Sequence record: SRR20825010_1536
Direction: 5' to 3' (one strand)
Length of the DNA: 41,585 nucleotides
Shown here piece by piece: positions 20,499-31,155 of this stretch (positions within the stretch are counted from its first letter, which is position 1; each line of letters starts with the position of its first letter). A program made the translations under genes and the position numbers. Under the pieces are notes generated by a model, which saw only the letters and a program-made list of their open reading frames with translations, was not told the origin of the DNA and ran no database searches.

Positions 20499-20650
20499 TA
20501 TTATACCTATATGCCATTAATCTTTTGTTAATATCTCAATTGCCTAGGACACTGACAAAGGTTGGAAGTATACTGCCATTTCCATAAATTCAGTGCAAAA
20601 TTTCATCATACACCCTTCTTAATACAAAAAGCGATAATAGATTAAAAACG

Positions 20651-20658
20651 TATTTTTG
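20651..20658 (+). promoter_or_regulatory. Bacteroidota -7 promoter element for the surE operon
   Basis: TATTTTTG ending 18 nt before ATG 20677. Confidence 0.6.
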
Positions 20659-20676
20659 CAGCATAAATTATATACC

Positions 20677-21456
20677 ATGACGAAACCTTTGATCCTTGTG
20701 ACCAACGACGACGGAATTACAGCCCCCGGCTTAAGGGCATTGATTGGATTTATGATGGAATTGGGAGAGGTAGTCGTAGTGGCCCCGGACAGTCCGCAAT
20801 CGGGGATGGGGCATGCCATAACTATAGACAACACCCTTTATATAAAAAAGATTAAAGTAGATCTGGAAAACGGTGCAACTGAAGAATACAGTTGTAGCGG
20901 AACTCCGGCCGACTGTGTAAAACTTGGCCTTCAGGAACTCCTGGAAAGAAAACCCGATCTATGTGTAAGCGGTATAAACCATGGATCCAATTCCTCTATC
21001 AATGTTATTTACTCCGGTACAATGAGTGCCGCTATTGAAGCCGGAATTGAAGGTATACCTGCCATAGGCTTTTCCCTTTGTGATTATTCTTGGAACGCCA
21101 ACTTTGAGGCCAGCAAGGAGGCAGTTCAAAAAATAGTCCGGGAGGCCCTAAGCAATGGCATTCCCAATGGGGTTGTGCTCAACGTTAATATTCCCAAAAC
21201 CGACAATAAGGCACCCAAGGGTATAAAAATTTGCAGGCAGGCCAGAGCCAACTGGAAAGAAAAATTTGACAAAAGAACCAACCCTAGTGGAAAGGAATAT
21301 TATTGGCTTACAGGCGAGTTTGAACTTTTGGACAAGGGAGAGGACACGGACGAATATGCCCTGTCCCAAGACTATGTTTCAGTAGTCCCCACGCAATTTG
21401 ACCTAACGGCACACCACGCAATTCAAAATATTAACAATTGGAAACTAAATGATTAA
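20677..21456 (+). CDS. surE: 5'/3'-nucleotidase SurE
   Basis: ILVTNDDGI.APG, GTPADCV, SGINHGSN, YSGTMSAA.E; start moved to ATG 20677. Confidence 0.97.
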   Translation: MTKPLILVTNDDGITAPGLRALIGFMMELGEVVVVAPDSPQSGMGHAITIDNTLYIKKIKVDLENGATEEYSCSGTPADCVKLGLQELLERKPDLCVSGINHGSNSSINVIYSGTMSAAIEAGIEGIPAIGFSLCDYSWNANFEASKEAVQKIVREALSNGIPNGVVLNVNIPKTDNKAPKGIKICRQARANWKEKFDKRTNPSGKEYYWLTGEFELLDKGEDTDEYALSQDYVSVVPTQFDLTAHHAIQNINNWKLND

Positions 21457-21730
21457 AAAAGAAATATTAATTGGATTAATAGTTGGTCTAATTGCCAATA
21501 CGCTTGGAACTTTATTATATATATTAATCTTTTCGGACTTTGGAATCGTAGAAACCTACCAGGCCGCCGTTCAACAGGGACATATAGGAAGTTTATTGGC
21601 GCTAGGGGCCATTCTAAACTTAGTTGCCTTTTTTGGTTTTTTAAAAATTCGTAGGGATTATAGGGCAAGGGGTGTAATGATCGCCACCCTATTAACCGCT
21701 ATGCTAATATTGTATTACAAAGTTTTTTAG
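21449..21730 (+). CDS. Small hypothetical membrane protein (about 3 TM)
   Basis: Hydrophobic 93-aa ORF overlapping the surE stop, LGAILNL..F...RARGV. Confidence 0.75.
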   Translation: MIKKEILIGLIVGLIANTLGTLLYILIFSDFGIVETYQAAVQQGHIGSLLALGAILNLVAFFGFLKIRRDYRARGVMIATLLTAMLILYYKVF

Positions 21731-21797
21731 CATCGGACTTGGGGCTATCCATAGCAATAAATGGCAGAACTACTAATGAACCACAGAAACTGAACAG

Positions 21798-22922
21798 ATG
21801 AAATACTATATCATCGCTGGCGAGGCATCGGGCGACCTGCATGGCTCCAACCTCATAAAAGCCCTTAAAAAACAGGATTCGGATGCCGACATTCGTTGTT
21901 GGGGCGGCGATCTAATGAAGGCCGCAGGAGGCGACTTGGTAAAGCATTACAAGGAAATGGCCTTTATGGGCTTCCTCGAGGTGATATCAAATATCAACCA
22001 AATTTTTAAAAATATCGCCTTTTGCAAAGAAGATATCAGCGATTTTAATCCAGATGTAATTGTCTTTATAGACTATTCCGGCTTTAATCTTAGAATAGCC
22101 TCTTGGGCAAAAAAGAACAAATTTAGGACCAATTATTATATTTCCCCGCAAATATGGGCCTCTCGGGAGGGCAGAATACATAAGATAAAAAACGATATTG
22201 ATGCCATGCACGTAATTCTTCCTTTTGAAAAGGAGTTTTATGAAAAAAAACACCACTATCCTGTTAATTTTGTTGGCCATCCCCTTATAGACGCCATAGG
22301 TGACATTCCCAGGACCAGCGATAAAAAATTTAGGGAAGAGAATAATTTGGATTTGCAAAAACCTATTATTGCCCTTTTGCCGGGAAGTAGAAAACAGGAG
22401 GTTCAAAAAATGCTTACCCTTATGTTATCGGTTACAAAATCTTTCCCAAAATTTCAATTTGTAATTGCAGGGGCTCCCAGTTTGGATCTGGAATTTTACC
22501 AGCCCTTTCTGAAATCGTCCCAAGTAAGTCTTATTTCCAACAAGACCTATGATTTATTAAGCCTATCCTATGCCGCCCTGGTAACCAGCGGCACCGCCAC
22601 CTTGGAAACGGCCCTTTTTAAGATTCCACAAGTAGTCTGTTACCGTGCCAATTGGATATCCTATCAAATTGCCAAAAGGATCATTACCCTTAAGTTTATT
22701 TCCCTTGTTAATCTTATAATGGATAAAGAAGTAGTAAAGGAACTTATCCAAGGCGATTTGAATACCAAAAACCTAACCAAAGAGCTCGATAAAATTTTGA
22801 ACGGACCCGAAAGAAAGAAACAATTTGAAGCTTATTACGAATTGGAAAAAAAACTAGGAGGCAAGGGCGCCAGTGAAAAAGCAGCATCACTAATAATCCA
22901 AAGTGCCCAAATGGATCATTGA
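21798..22922 (+). CDS. lpxB: Lipid-A-disaccharide synthase
   Basis: IAGEASGDLHG, YYISPQIWA, FVGHPL, LLPGSR..E, SGTATLE. Confidence 0.97.
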   Translation: MKYYIIAGEASGDLHGSNLIKALKKQDSDADIRCWGGDLMKAAGGDLVKHYKEMAFMGFLEVISNINQIFKNIAFCKEDISDFNPDVIVFIDYSGFNLRIASWAKKNKFRTNYYISPQIWASREGRIHKIKNDIDAMHVILPFEKEFYEKKHHYPVNFVGHPLIDAIGDIPRTSDKKFREENNLDLQKPIIALLPGSRKQEVQKMLTLMLSVTKSFPKFQFVIAGAPSLDLEFYQPFLKSSQVSLISNKTYDLLSLSYAALVTSGTATLETALFKIPQVVCYRANWISYQIAKRIITLKFISLVNLIMDKEVVKELIQGDLNTKNLTKELDKILNGPERKKQFEAYYELEKKLGGKGASEKAASLIIQSAQMDH

Positions 22923-23112
22923 AAATTTTTGTTGGTTCGTTGAACAATGGTTTACCCTAATTTTAACCACCGCAAAACCTAAAATCTTATAGATGGAAAA
23001 GGCAATTATTGACGATTTAATTGGAAGTAGTCATAAGGGTTTTCCGAAAAAAATGACGGATTTTAAATTAATTATTTAAATTTGATATCCAAGAGCACTA
23101 ACTTTTACTTGG

Positions 23113-23673
23113 ATGAACCAAAGATTTCTTTCTTTATTCCTAATTACATTACTGGTTGGCTGCGGAGCGGCTAAGAAAAAAACTACCTCTCGCGAAGAAA
23201 GAAAAATAACCGTGGAAGCTTCCGAAAGACCAACCGAAATAAAAGGCGAGACTCCTTTAGGCGGTGAATCCATAAACAAACCCGCGAACAAAATAAGTGA
23301 GCAAATCATAAATACTGCCCTGACGTTTTCGGGCACCCGCTATAAATTTGGAGGCACTACCAACAAAGGTATGGATTGCTCCGGATTGCTTTACGTTGCC
23401 TTCGGGGAACATGATATTCAATTGCCACGAGCCTCTTATCAAATGGCAGAGGAAGGACAAAAAATAAATTTAAAGGAGGTCAGCAAGGGTGACCTACTTT
23501 TTTTTGGGACCTCCAGAAGAAAGAACAACATAAACCATGTAGGCCTGGTAGTACAGGTAGACGGGGATGATATAAAATTCATCCATTCCACCTCATCCCG
23601 AGGTGTTATAGTTTCCTCTTTGCAGGAGGGTTATTGGAACTATGCCTTTATCAAGGCTGCCCGGATCCTCTAG
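23113..23673 (+). CDS. NlpC/P60 (C40) peptidoglycan endopeptidase lipoprotein
   Basis: LVGC lipobox, Y.FGG....GMDCSG, GDLLFF, HVG, FIH. Confidence 0.92.
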   Translation: MNQRFLSLFLITLLVGCGAAKKKTTSREERKITVEASERPTEIKGETPLGGESINKPANKISEQIINTALTFSGTRYKFGGTTNKGMDCSGLLYVAFGEHDIQLPRASYQMAEEGQKINLKEVSKGDLLFFGTSRRKNNINHVGLVVQVDGDDIKFIHSTSSRGVIVSSLQEGYWNYAFIKAARIL

Positions 23674-23674
23674 G

Positions 23675-25699
23675 ATGCGTCTGCTGCAGTTTACAACCGT
23701 AAAGCTTACCTTGTGCCTGATCTGTGGAATCTTAATTGGATATTACCTACGTCCGTCTCTTCCACTATCTCTTTCCTTAACCGCAGCTTCATTAATCCTA
23801 TTGGGAGTTGTATTTGCCTATTACCATAAACTGCCCACCTTCCTTTTTGCATTTTTCACTGGACTTTTGGCCATAGCCATAGGCATATTAAGTTTAACCC
23901 TAAGAGAGTCCCACAATCTTGGCCGGCACTACAGCCAACAAAATCTTGACAAAAATAGGGCCTACACTTATAAAATTCGTGAAGTATTAAAACCCAATGG
24001 CTATTCGGATAGATATGTGGCCAATGTTATTGGCATGGACAGCTTAAAGGTTAGCGGTAAAATACTATTGAATATAGCGGTGGATTCTTCGGTTAAGCCC
24101 CTTATGGTAGATGATGAAATATTGGCCTACACCACCCTCTACCCTATTGCCCCACCCCTAAATCCACATCAGTTCAATTACAAAAAATACCTTTCCAATA
24201 TTGGGATAGAACATCAGGTAAAACTTGAAGGGCATGAATACTATTTAAAGCCACAGGCTTCCACAACCATCTTTGGAACAGCTTACAGAATAAGGGACAA
24301 TATCATTCATAATTTAAAAAAAGAGGACTTTGGTGCTGAAGAATTAGGTGTTATCCAGGCACTTCTACTTGGGCAACGGAATGAAATAACGGCAGAAATC
24401 GACACGGAATATAAAGCTGCAGGAGCCTATCACATCTTGGCATTGTCCGGTTTACATATCGGAATCCTTTTGGGATTGTTCCATTTTTTACTTAGGCCAT
24501 TGGAACTCCTGCCAAAAGGGAGAACCATAAAATTGGTTGTTATTGTCCTGCTATTATGGGCATTTGCGCTCTTGGCCGGACTTTCTGCCTCCATTCTAAG
24601 GGCAACAACCATGTTCACCTTTGTAGCCTATGCCCTGTACTTGAACAGGCCTACAAGTCATTTTAATATTCTGGCCCTGTCACTATTCTTTATTTTACTG
24701 CTGTTGGATCCGCTACTACTATTTCAGGTAGGGTTTCAATTAAGTTATGCCGCTGTTTTTGCAATTGTATGGATATATCCCTTATTGCAAAAACTTTGGA
24801 TTCCCCAATACTGGATTATAAAAAAAGGATGGGAGCTCGTTTCCGTAAGTATTGCCGCCCAACTTGGGGTATTCCCTATAAGTCTATTTTACTTTCATCA
24901 ATTCCCAGGACTGTTTTTAATTTCAAGTCTAATGATCCTTCCTTTTTTGACATTCATTTTAGGGTTTGGAATATTGGTAATAGTTCTGTCCCTGGCCAAC
25001 AGTTTACCGCCTGTTCTAGTAACCATCTACGATACTGTAATACACTGGATGAATTCAATCATTGGACTGGTTGCCCAGCAGGAAAATTTTCTCTTTAGAA
25101 ATATTTCTTTTGATACGATTCAGTTAATTCTCAGTTATGCCATTATAATATCAATGGTAACCGTCTTTATTAAAGTCTCCTACAAAAGGATAGTAGTCTT
25201 CCTAGTGTTTGTCCTTTGCTTTCAATCTTATGTCTTGGGCATTGGACATCTTGCACAAGACAAGGAATCCTTGGTGATAGGACATCTTGGCCGTAATAGT
25301 GGCCTAATCCATCAAACAGGACAAAAACTTACGGTATTTAGCACCAACCCCGAAGCCACTGCACGAATGGCCAACGATTATGCCATTGCCCAAAACATCA
25401 TAGAGATGCAACATCGACCTATAAAAAACAGCTATCTAATTGGAGGGAAGAGAATGGTTATTCTGGATAGTACCAATATGGCCCTTCCAAAAAATTACGA
25501 GGTATCTACCTTAGTATTGACCCAATCCCCAAAAATAAATTTAGAGAGGCTTTTGGATTCTATTGCACCCAATATTATTATTGCAGATGGCAGCAACTAT
25601 AAAAGTTATATATCTCGATGGAAAGCTACATGCCATAAAAAAAAGCTGCCCTTTCACCATACGGGCGAAAATGGTGCATTTATATATACTTGGCAGTAG
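23675..25699 (+). CDS. comEC: ComEC/Rec2 family DNA-uptake channel
   Basis: NPHQFNY..YL, HILALSGLHIG, SASILRA, GFQLSY.AV; start moved to ATG 23675. Confidence 0.9.
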   Translation: MRLLQFTTVKLTLCLICGILIGYYLRPSLPLSLSLTAASLILLGVVFAYYHKLPTFLFAFFTGLLAIAIGILSLTLRESHNLGRHYSQQNLDKNRAYTYKIREVLKPNGYSDRYVANVIGMDSLKVSGKILLNIAVDSSVKPLMVDDEILAYTTLYPIAPPLNPHQFNYKKYLSNIGIEHQVKLEGHEYYLKPQASTTIFGTAYRIRDNIIHNLKKEDFGAEELGVIQALLLGQRNEITAEIDTEYKAAGAYHILALSGLHIGILLGLFHFLLRPLELLPKGRTIKLVVIVLLLWAFALLAGLSASILRATTMFTFVAYALYLNRPTSHFNILALSLFFILLLLDPLLLFQVGFQLSYAAVFAIVWIYPLLQKLWIPQYWIIKKGWELVSVSIAAQLGVFPISLFYFHQFPGLFLISSLMILPFLTFILGFGILVIVLSLANSLPPVLVTIYDTVIHWMNSIIGLVAQQENFLFRNISFDTIQLILSYAIIISMVTVFIKVSYKRIVVFLVFVLCFQSYVLGIGHLAQDKESLVIGHLGRNSGLIHQTGQKLTVFSTNPEATARMANDYAIAQNIIEMQHRPIKNSYLIGGKRMVILDSTNMALPKNYEVSTLVLTQSPKINLERLLDSIAPNIIIADGSNYKSYISRWKATCHKKKLPFHHTGENGAFIYTWQ

Positions 25700-27484
25700 T
25701 TATCTTATGCCGTGCATTAATTTCTTCAAGAGTGGGTTTAATACGATTGAAATAAGTCCAACTCCCACGGGAACCAAGGTGAAAATCAAAAAGAAGGTAC
25801 CCATGGAGTATTGTTCGGAAATCCTATCGATCATCCCGCCCATAGTTCCAGCAGCCTTTTGCCCGATAGCAATGGCCAAATACCAGATCCCGAACATAAA
25901 ACCGATCATACGTGCAGGCACAAGTTTGCTTAAATAGGAAAGTCCTACCGGGGAGATACACAACTCACCCATGGTATGTAACAAATACGCCAAAATTAAA
26001 AATATCATGCTGACAGATGCGGTCTGTGCCCCAGAAGGTATCCCCGATGCTCCAAATGACAGAACTGCGAAGCCCAATCCCAATAAAATAAGACCTATAC
26101 CATATTTCATAGCGGCACTGGGATTGTATTTACTTTCCCACCATCTGGAAAAAAATGGTGCCAGGGTAATAATAAAAAATGAATTTAGAATACCGAACCA
26201 AGTGGCATCTACTTGATTACCTTCTTGGGAAAATTTATCCATAAGCCTATAGATAACCAATACCCAGAGCCCAATAAAAGCAATGGCCAATACAATATTT
26301 GACAAGCCTATACGGGTGAAAGTCTTTTTTGCCAATAGTAGCAGCACCCAACTTATTATTGCCAAAGGAACTGTAGTTAACAATGCATCTACTACCTTAA
26401 AAATCATGGCCGACTGACCAACGAGTTCCCTATTGGTATAATCTCTGGCAAAAATGGTCATAGACCCCAAGGATTGCTCAAAAAAAGCAAAAAAGAAGAC
26501 CGTAAAAAACCCAAAAATCGACACAGCTATAATTCGATCCCTTACCACAGGTAGGTATCTGGCTATTCTTGTAACCAACAAAACTAAAAATAACAACAAG
26601 GAAAAAAGGATTACCACATTGGTACCACTAAGATTCCCTAGGCTAAATGGCATCAAGTTGGTACCCTGTATTTTTTCGAAGGGATCGTTGAACAAATAGA
26701 GCAGTCCTCCAATGGACGATAATACGATCAACACCTTATCGAAAAGGGTGAAGGGATTCAATTTGGTTTCTACCTCATTGTTCCCTTGCTTTCCTTCTTT
26801 ACTATCCGCTTCATTTGAGGACATGTCTGTTTCCCCTTTTTTAAGGGGTTTGGCACCAATATTCCCAAACAAATCCTTGGCCAACCAAAATTGGAACATA
26901 CCCAGCATCATAAAAATACCTGCTAACCCAAAGCCCCAGGACCAACCGAAGTTTTCGGCCAAATACCCACAAAGCATCATTCCAAAAAATGCGCCAGCGT
27001 TAACACCCATGTAGAATATGGTATAGGCACCATCCTTTTTGGATTCCTTACCGTGGTACATTTCGGAAATAATAGAAGTAATGTTGGGCTTGAAGAACCC
27101 TGTACCAATTACCAACAGGGCAAGGCCCAAATAGAAAGCGGCGGTAGTTTCAATGGCCATAGCGGCATGGCCCAAGGTCATTATTAAACAACCAATAACC
27201 ACTGCCACCCTATAACCGGTTATTTTATCTGCTATCCAGCCGCCTATAATAGGAGTTAAATACAAAAGTGAAGCATAGGTACCTATTAAGGCCAAAGCGT
27301 GTTCCCTTGGCCATTCCCAGCCAGGATTATCACTTATAATGGGCGCCGTTAAAAACAACACCAATAAAATACGCATCCCATAAAACGAGAAACGCTCCCA
27401 CATTTCGGTAAAAAACAATACAAATAGTCCTGCTGGATGCCCAAGAACCTTGTCCTTAAATAGATTTTCAATATCGGTATTCAT
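25700..27484 (-). CDS. Proton-dependent oligopeptide transporter (POT/PTR), long form
   Basis: GHP.GL..LFFTEMWERFSFYG, GTGFFKPN, FYMGVNAG, GELCISPVGLS; start at 27484 or 27490. Confidence 0.93.
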   Translation of the reverse strand: MNTDIENLFKDKVLGHPAGLFVLFFTEMWERFSFYGMRILLVLFLTAPIISDNPGWEWPREHALALIGTYASLLYLTPIIGGWIADKITGYRVAVVIGCLIMTLGHAAMAIETTAAFYLGLALLVIGTGFFKPNITSIISEMYHGKESKKDGAYTIFYMGVNAGAFFGMMLCGYLAENFGWSWGFGLAGIFMMLGMFQFWLAKDLFGNIGAKPLKKGETDMSSNEADSKEGKQGNNEVETKLNPFTLFDKVLIVLSSIGGLLYLFNDPFEKIQGTNLMPFSLGNLSGTNVVILFSLLLFLVLLVTRIARYLPVVRDRIIAVSIFGFFTVFFFAFFEQSLGSMTIFARDYTNRELVGQSAMIFKVVDALLTTVPLAIISWVLLLLAKKTFTRIGLSNIVLAIAFIGLWVLVIYRLMDKFSQEGNQVDATWFGILNSFFIITLAPFFSRWWESKYNPSAAMKYGIGLILLGLGFAVLSFGASGIPSGAQTASVSMIFLILAYLLHTMGELCISPVGLSYLSKLVPARMIGFMFGIWYLAIAIGQKAAGTMGGMIDRISEQYSMGTFFLIFTLVPVGVGLISIVLNPLLKKLMHGIR

Positions 27485-27614
27485 ATACAACAGAATTACA
27501 AATTATTAATTTTGGGATCAACAACAACTTAATACTGTATTGAATAACAGAACAAGTTTTGCAGCCTATTCATAAAATCCAAGGGACTAATATACAAATT
27601 GCCGATTTAAGTCA

Positions 27615-28973
27615 TTATTGTGCAATTCTCTTCTCATTATCTTCAGCACCATGTGTCAAGGCCTTTAGTTTTTTCAAGAAAAGTCTAATAAGCAATCCGA
27701 AAAGAATACAGAAAATGGCTATTCCTGTAAATACGCTATACTCTCCAAGATGTGAAGCGGATTCTCCCAGTAATCCTGCAAGTTTATTTCCTAAGCCTGT
27801 TGTTGCAAAATATAGGCCCATCATTAGGGAAGCGTATTTGGCCGGTGCCAATTTGGTAACAAATGATAAAGAAACAGGAGAAAGACTCAACTCGCCCACA
27901 GTATGGAACATATAAGCCAATACCAACCAATACATGGCTGATGACCCAGAGCTTTCAAACTGGGCTGTTGCCGCAGTCATAAACAAAAATCCAGCCCCCA
28001 TAATGATCAGTCCAGCGATCATTTTAAAAAGTGAGGAAGCTTCCTTTCCTTTCAATTTACGATTGGCCCAGAAGTTGGCAACCGCAGCACCAAGCACAAT
28101 AATGAAAAAAGCGTTCAGGGATTGGAACCAAGAAGCGGGTACCTCCCAACCCATCAACATTCTATTGGTCTTTTCCGACGCATATATATTCATTAACCCC
28201 CCTGCTTGTTCAAACGCTCCGAAAAATACGATTACCATTAAGAAAGATAGGATCAAAACAATTACCCTGTCCTTTTCCATTTTATTAAGAGGTCTCTTCA
28301 AAGCCTCCTGATCTTCAACATTCGTAGATTTCCCGAGAAAGTCGCCCACTCCCACTAGATATTTCTGACCAAGAACAAACTGTAAAAGGCCCAACAGCAT
28401 ACAGATACCAGCCAATCCGAATCCATAATGCCAGCCATAGACCTCTCCTACATAACCTACAATTAAACTGGAAAGGAAAGCGCCTATATTTATACCAATA
28501 TAAAATATGGTAAATCCTTTATCCCTTCTAATATCACCTTTAGGGTAAAGACCACCCACCATAGTGGAAATATTTGGCTTTAACATGCCCACTCCGGCGA
28601 TAATAAAACCAAGTCCAGTATAAAAAGCCCACATCTGTTCTATTGCCAATATACTGTGACCTATAACCAATAGCACCGCACCCACAATTACCGCTTTCTT
28701 TTGCCCAAGCATCCTATCCGCTATAATTCCTCCAGGAATAGAAGCCACATAGACCAGCATAGTATACCAACCATAAAGTGCCAGAGCTTCCATATTGGTC
28801 CAACCCAAACCAGGATTTCTATCGGTAGTTTCGGTAATTAAATACAATACCAGAATGGCCCTCATCCCATAATAGGAAAATCGTTCCCACATTTCAGTAA
28901 AGAATAGGATGTAAAGTCCGACCGGATGGCCGAATAATACTTTTCGATGCACTTGTTTTGCGGTTGTTTGCAT
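27615..28973 (-). CDS. Proton-dependent oligopeptide transporter (POT/PTR)
   Basis: EMWERFSYYG, GVGMLKPN, FYIGINIG, FEQAGG, GELSLSP. Confidence 0.94.
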   Translation of the reverse strand: MQTTAKQVHRKVLFGHPVGLYILFFTEMWERFSYYGMRAILVLYLITETTDRNPGLGWTNMEALALYGWYTMLVYVASIPGGIIADRMLGQKKAVIVGAVLLVIGHSILAIEQMWAFYTGLGFIIAGVGMLKPNISTMVGGLYPKGDIRRDKGFTIFYIGINIGAFLSSLIVGYVGEVYGWHYGFGLAGICMLLGLLQFVLGQKYLVGVGDFLGKSTNVEDQEALKRPLNKMEKDRVIVLILSFLMVIVFFGAFEQAGGLMNIYASEKTNRMLMGWEVPASWFQSLNAFFIIVLGAAVANFWANRKLKGKEASSLFKMIAGLIIMGAGFLFMTAATAQFESSGSSAMYWLVLAYMFHTVGELSLSPVSLSFVTKLAPAKYASLMMGLYFATTGLGNKLAGLLGESASHLGEYSVFTGIAIFCILFGLLIRLFLKKLKALTHGAEDNEKRIAQ

Positions 28974-28989
28974 AAGTATGATTTATGGA

Positions 28990-31155
28990 TTATAGATTTT
29001 CTTTTATGAAATCGGTCATTTTTGTGTACAAGTGTAGGCGGGTGTTGCCTCCAAATATACTGTGATTTTTATCAGGGTAAATCGCCCAGTCGAATTGCTT
29101 GTTGGCCTGCACCAAAGCTTCTACCATCCGCATCGTATTTTGAACATGTACATTATCATCCGCTGAACCATGAACCAATAAATACTTGCCCTTTAAAAGT
29201 TCTGGATAATTAAAAGGGGAGTTTTCATCATAACCACTTGGATTTTCCTGAGGTGTACGCATAAAACGCTCCGTATAAATGGTATCATAGAACCTCCACG
29301 AGGTAACCGGTGCCACCGCAATTGCCATTTCAAAGGTATCATTCCCTTTTAACAAACAATTGGTAGACATAAAGCCTCCATAACTCCAACCCCAAATTCC
29401 TGTCCTTGATTCGTCAATATACGACAGTTCACTTAACTTTTTGGCTGCTGCTATTTGATCTTCCACCTCATATTTTCCTAATTCCTTATAAGTTACCTTT
29501 TTAAAATCGGCTCCTTTATACCCGGTACCCCTTCCATCTACACATGCAACAATATACCCTTCATTGGCCAACATTTGAAACCAATAATCATTGGTATCCA
29601 TCCAGCTATTCGAAACCTTTTGCGAACCTGGACCACTATATTGGGTCATAAATAAGGGGTATTTTTTAGTAGGATCGAAATCATATGGTTTTATCATCCA
29701 CATATTCAGCTTATTGCCATTAATGGCGATGGTGGAAAATTCCTTTGAATTAATCCTATAATCCTCCAATTTAGATATTAACCCCTGGTTATTTAATATA
29801 TCCTTTACTTTTTTTCCGTTCAAGGCATTATGTAAGGTATATTCCGGAGGGGTGGATGCATTGGAGAACGCATTGATAAAATAGGTGAAATCAGCACTAA
29901 AATCGGCAGTATTCTGCCCTAATTTGGTAGTCAGACGTCTTTTATTCTTTCCATTGCTACGCACACTGTAGACATCTCGATTTATAGATCCATTTTCCGT
30001 GGATTGATAATAAATTAGATCTTCATTTTGATCATAACCATAAAATTTGGTTACCTCCCACGGACCTTTGGTAACCTGATTCATTAACTTACCTTCAACA
30101 TTATACAGATAAATATGTTTAAACCCATCCTTCTCACTGGTCCAGATAAAGCTGTCATCGGCCAAAAAAGTAAGATCATCAGTAACGCTAACATAGGCAT
30201 CATCAGTTTCCTCCAGTATAATACTAACGGTATTATTCCTTGCATTTACAGCATATAACCTTAGTCTGTTTTGATGTCGGTTCAAGGTCTGAACGCTAAG
30301 AAAATTGGGGTCGTTCATCCATTTAATTCTAGGGATATAATATGGATCATCCAAATCGACCTGGGTTATGTCGTATGTGTCCACATCCACAATATGGAGT
30401 GAAACTTCCGAATTGACCTCTCCTGCCTTGGGATATTTAAATTTTGTTTGTGTCTGGTAAAGATTGGCGCCGTAAACATCCATAGAAAATTCAGGAACCT
30501 TGGTTTCATCAAATCGAATGAATGCCAATTTAGAACCATCTGAATTCCACTCAAATGCCCTTACAAAGGCAAACTCTTCCTCGTAGACCCAGTCCGTTAT
30601 CCCATTGATTATCTTATTTTTTACACCATCCAATGTAAGTTGCTTGGTATAATTGGCGGCTATATCCCAGACAAAAATATTATTGTTATATATATAGGCC
30701 ACCTTGCTGCCATCAGGAGAAAGGGAAGGTTCCTGAATTTTAAAATTTGAAACAGCTGAGATTTTTTTTGATTTCAGGTCGTATACATAGAAATATCCCA
30801 AGGTAGATCGCCTAAAGATAGGCTCTATTGCCGTGGCCAACAATAATTTGGATTCGTCCTCACTAAACTCATATGAGCTAAAAAACGGGACCGAGGCTGA
30901 AGAAGAAACAATGGTTTCCAGTTTTTTTTGCGTTTTGTAATCGTACTTCTCAATAGTTGATATTCCTAGACTCCTGTCTATATTCAAAATGGTATATTGC
31001 TTCCCATTATCCATGGACCGCAATTTATCCAAGCTTTCCACTGTAAAGGTACCATCATAAATTTCGCCTATAGCAATCTGTTTGTTTTGGGCTGAGAGTA
31101 TTGAAAAATTGCACAGTAATAAAACAATTATCAATAGCACGGGGAATTTTCTCAC
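28990..31155 (-). CDS. Dipeptidyl-peptidase IV (S9B)
   Basis: GTG start, signal peptide, DWVYEEE, YPKAG, GWSYGG nucleophile, DDNVH, catalytic His in KNHS. Confidence 0.93.
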   Translation of the reverse strand: MRKFPVLLIIVLLLCNFSILSAQNKQIAIGEIYDGTFTVESLDKLRSMDNGKQYTILNIDRSLGISTIEKYDYKTQKKLETIVSSSASVPFFSSYEFSEDESKLLLATAIEPIFRRSTLGYFYVYDLKSKKISAVSNFKIQEPSLSPDGSKVAYIYNNNIFVWDIAANYTKQLTLDGVKNKIINGITDWVYEEEFAFVRAFEWNSDGSKLAFIRFDETKVPEFSMDVYGANLYQTQTKFKYPKAGEVNSEVSLHIVDVDTYDITQVDLDDPYYIPRIKWMNDPNFLSVQTLNRHQNRLRLYAVNARNNTVSIILEETDDAYVSVTDDLTFLADDSFIWTSEKDGFKHIYLYNVEGKLMNQVTKGPWEVTKFYGYDQNEDLIYYQSTENGSINRDVYSVRSNGKNKRRLTTKLGQNTADFSADFTYFINAFSNASTPPEYTLHNALNGKKVKDILNNQGLISKLEDYRINSKEFSTIAINGNKLNMWMIKPYDFDPTKKYPLFMTQYSGPGSQKVSNSWMDTNDYWFQMLANEGYIVACVDGRGTGYKGADFKKVTYKELGKYEVEDQIAAAKKLSELSYIDESRTGIWGWSYGGFMSTNCLLKGNDTFEMAIAVAPVTSWRFYDTIYTERFMRTPQENPSGYDENSPFNYPELLKGKYLLVHGSADDNVHVQNTMRMVEALVQANKQFDWAIYPDKNHSIFGGNTRLHLYTKMTDFIKENL

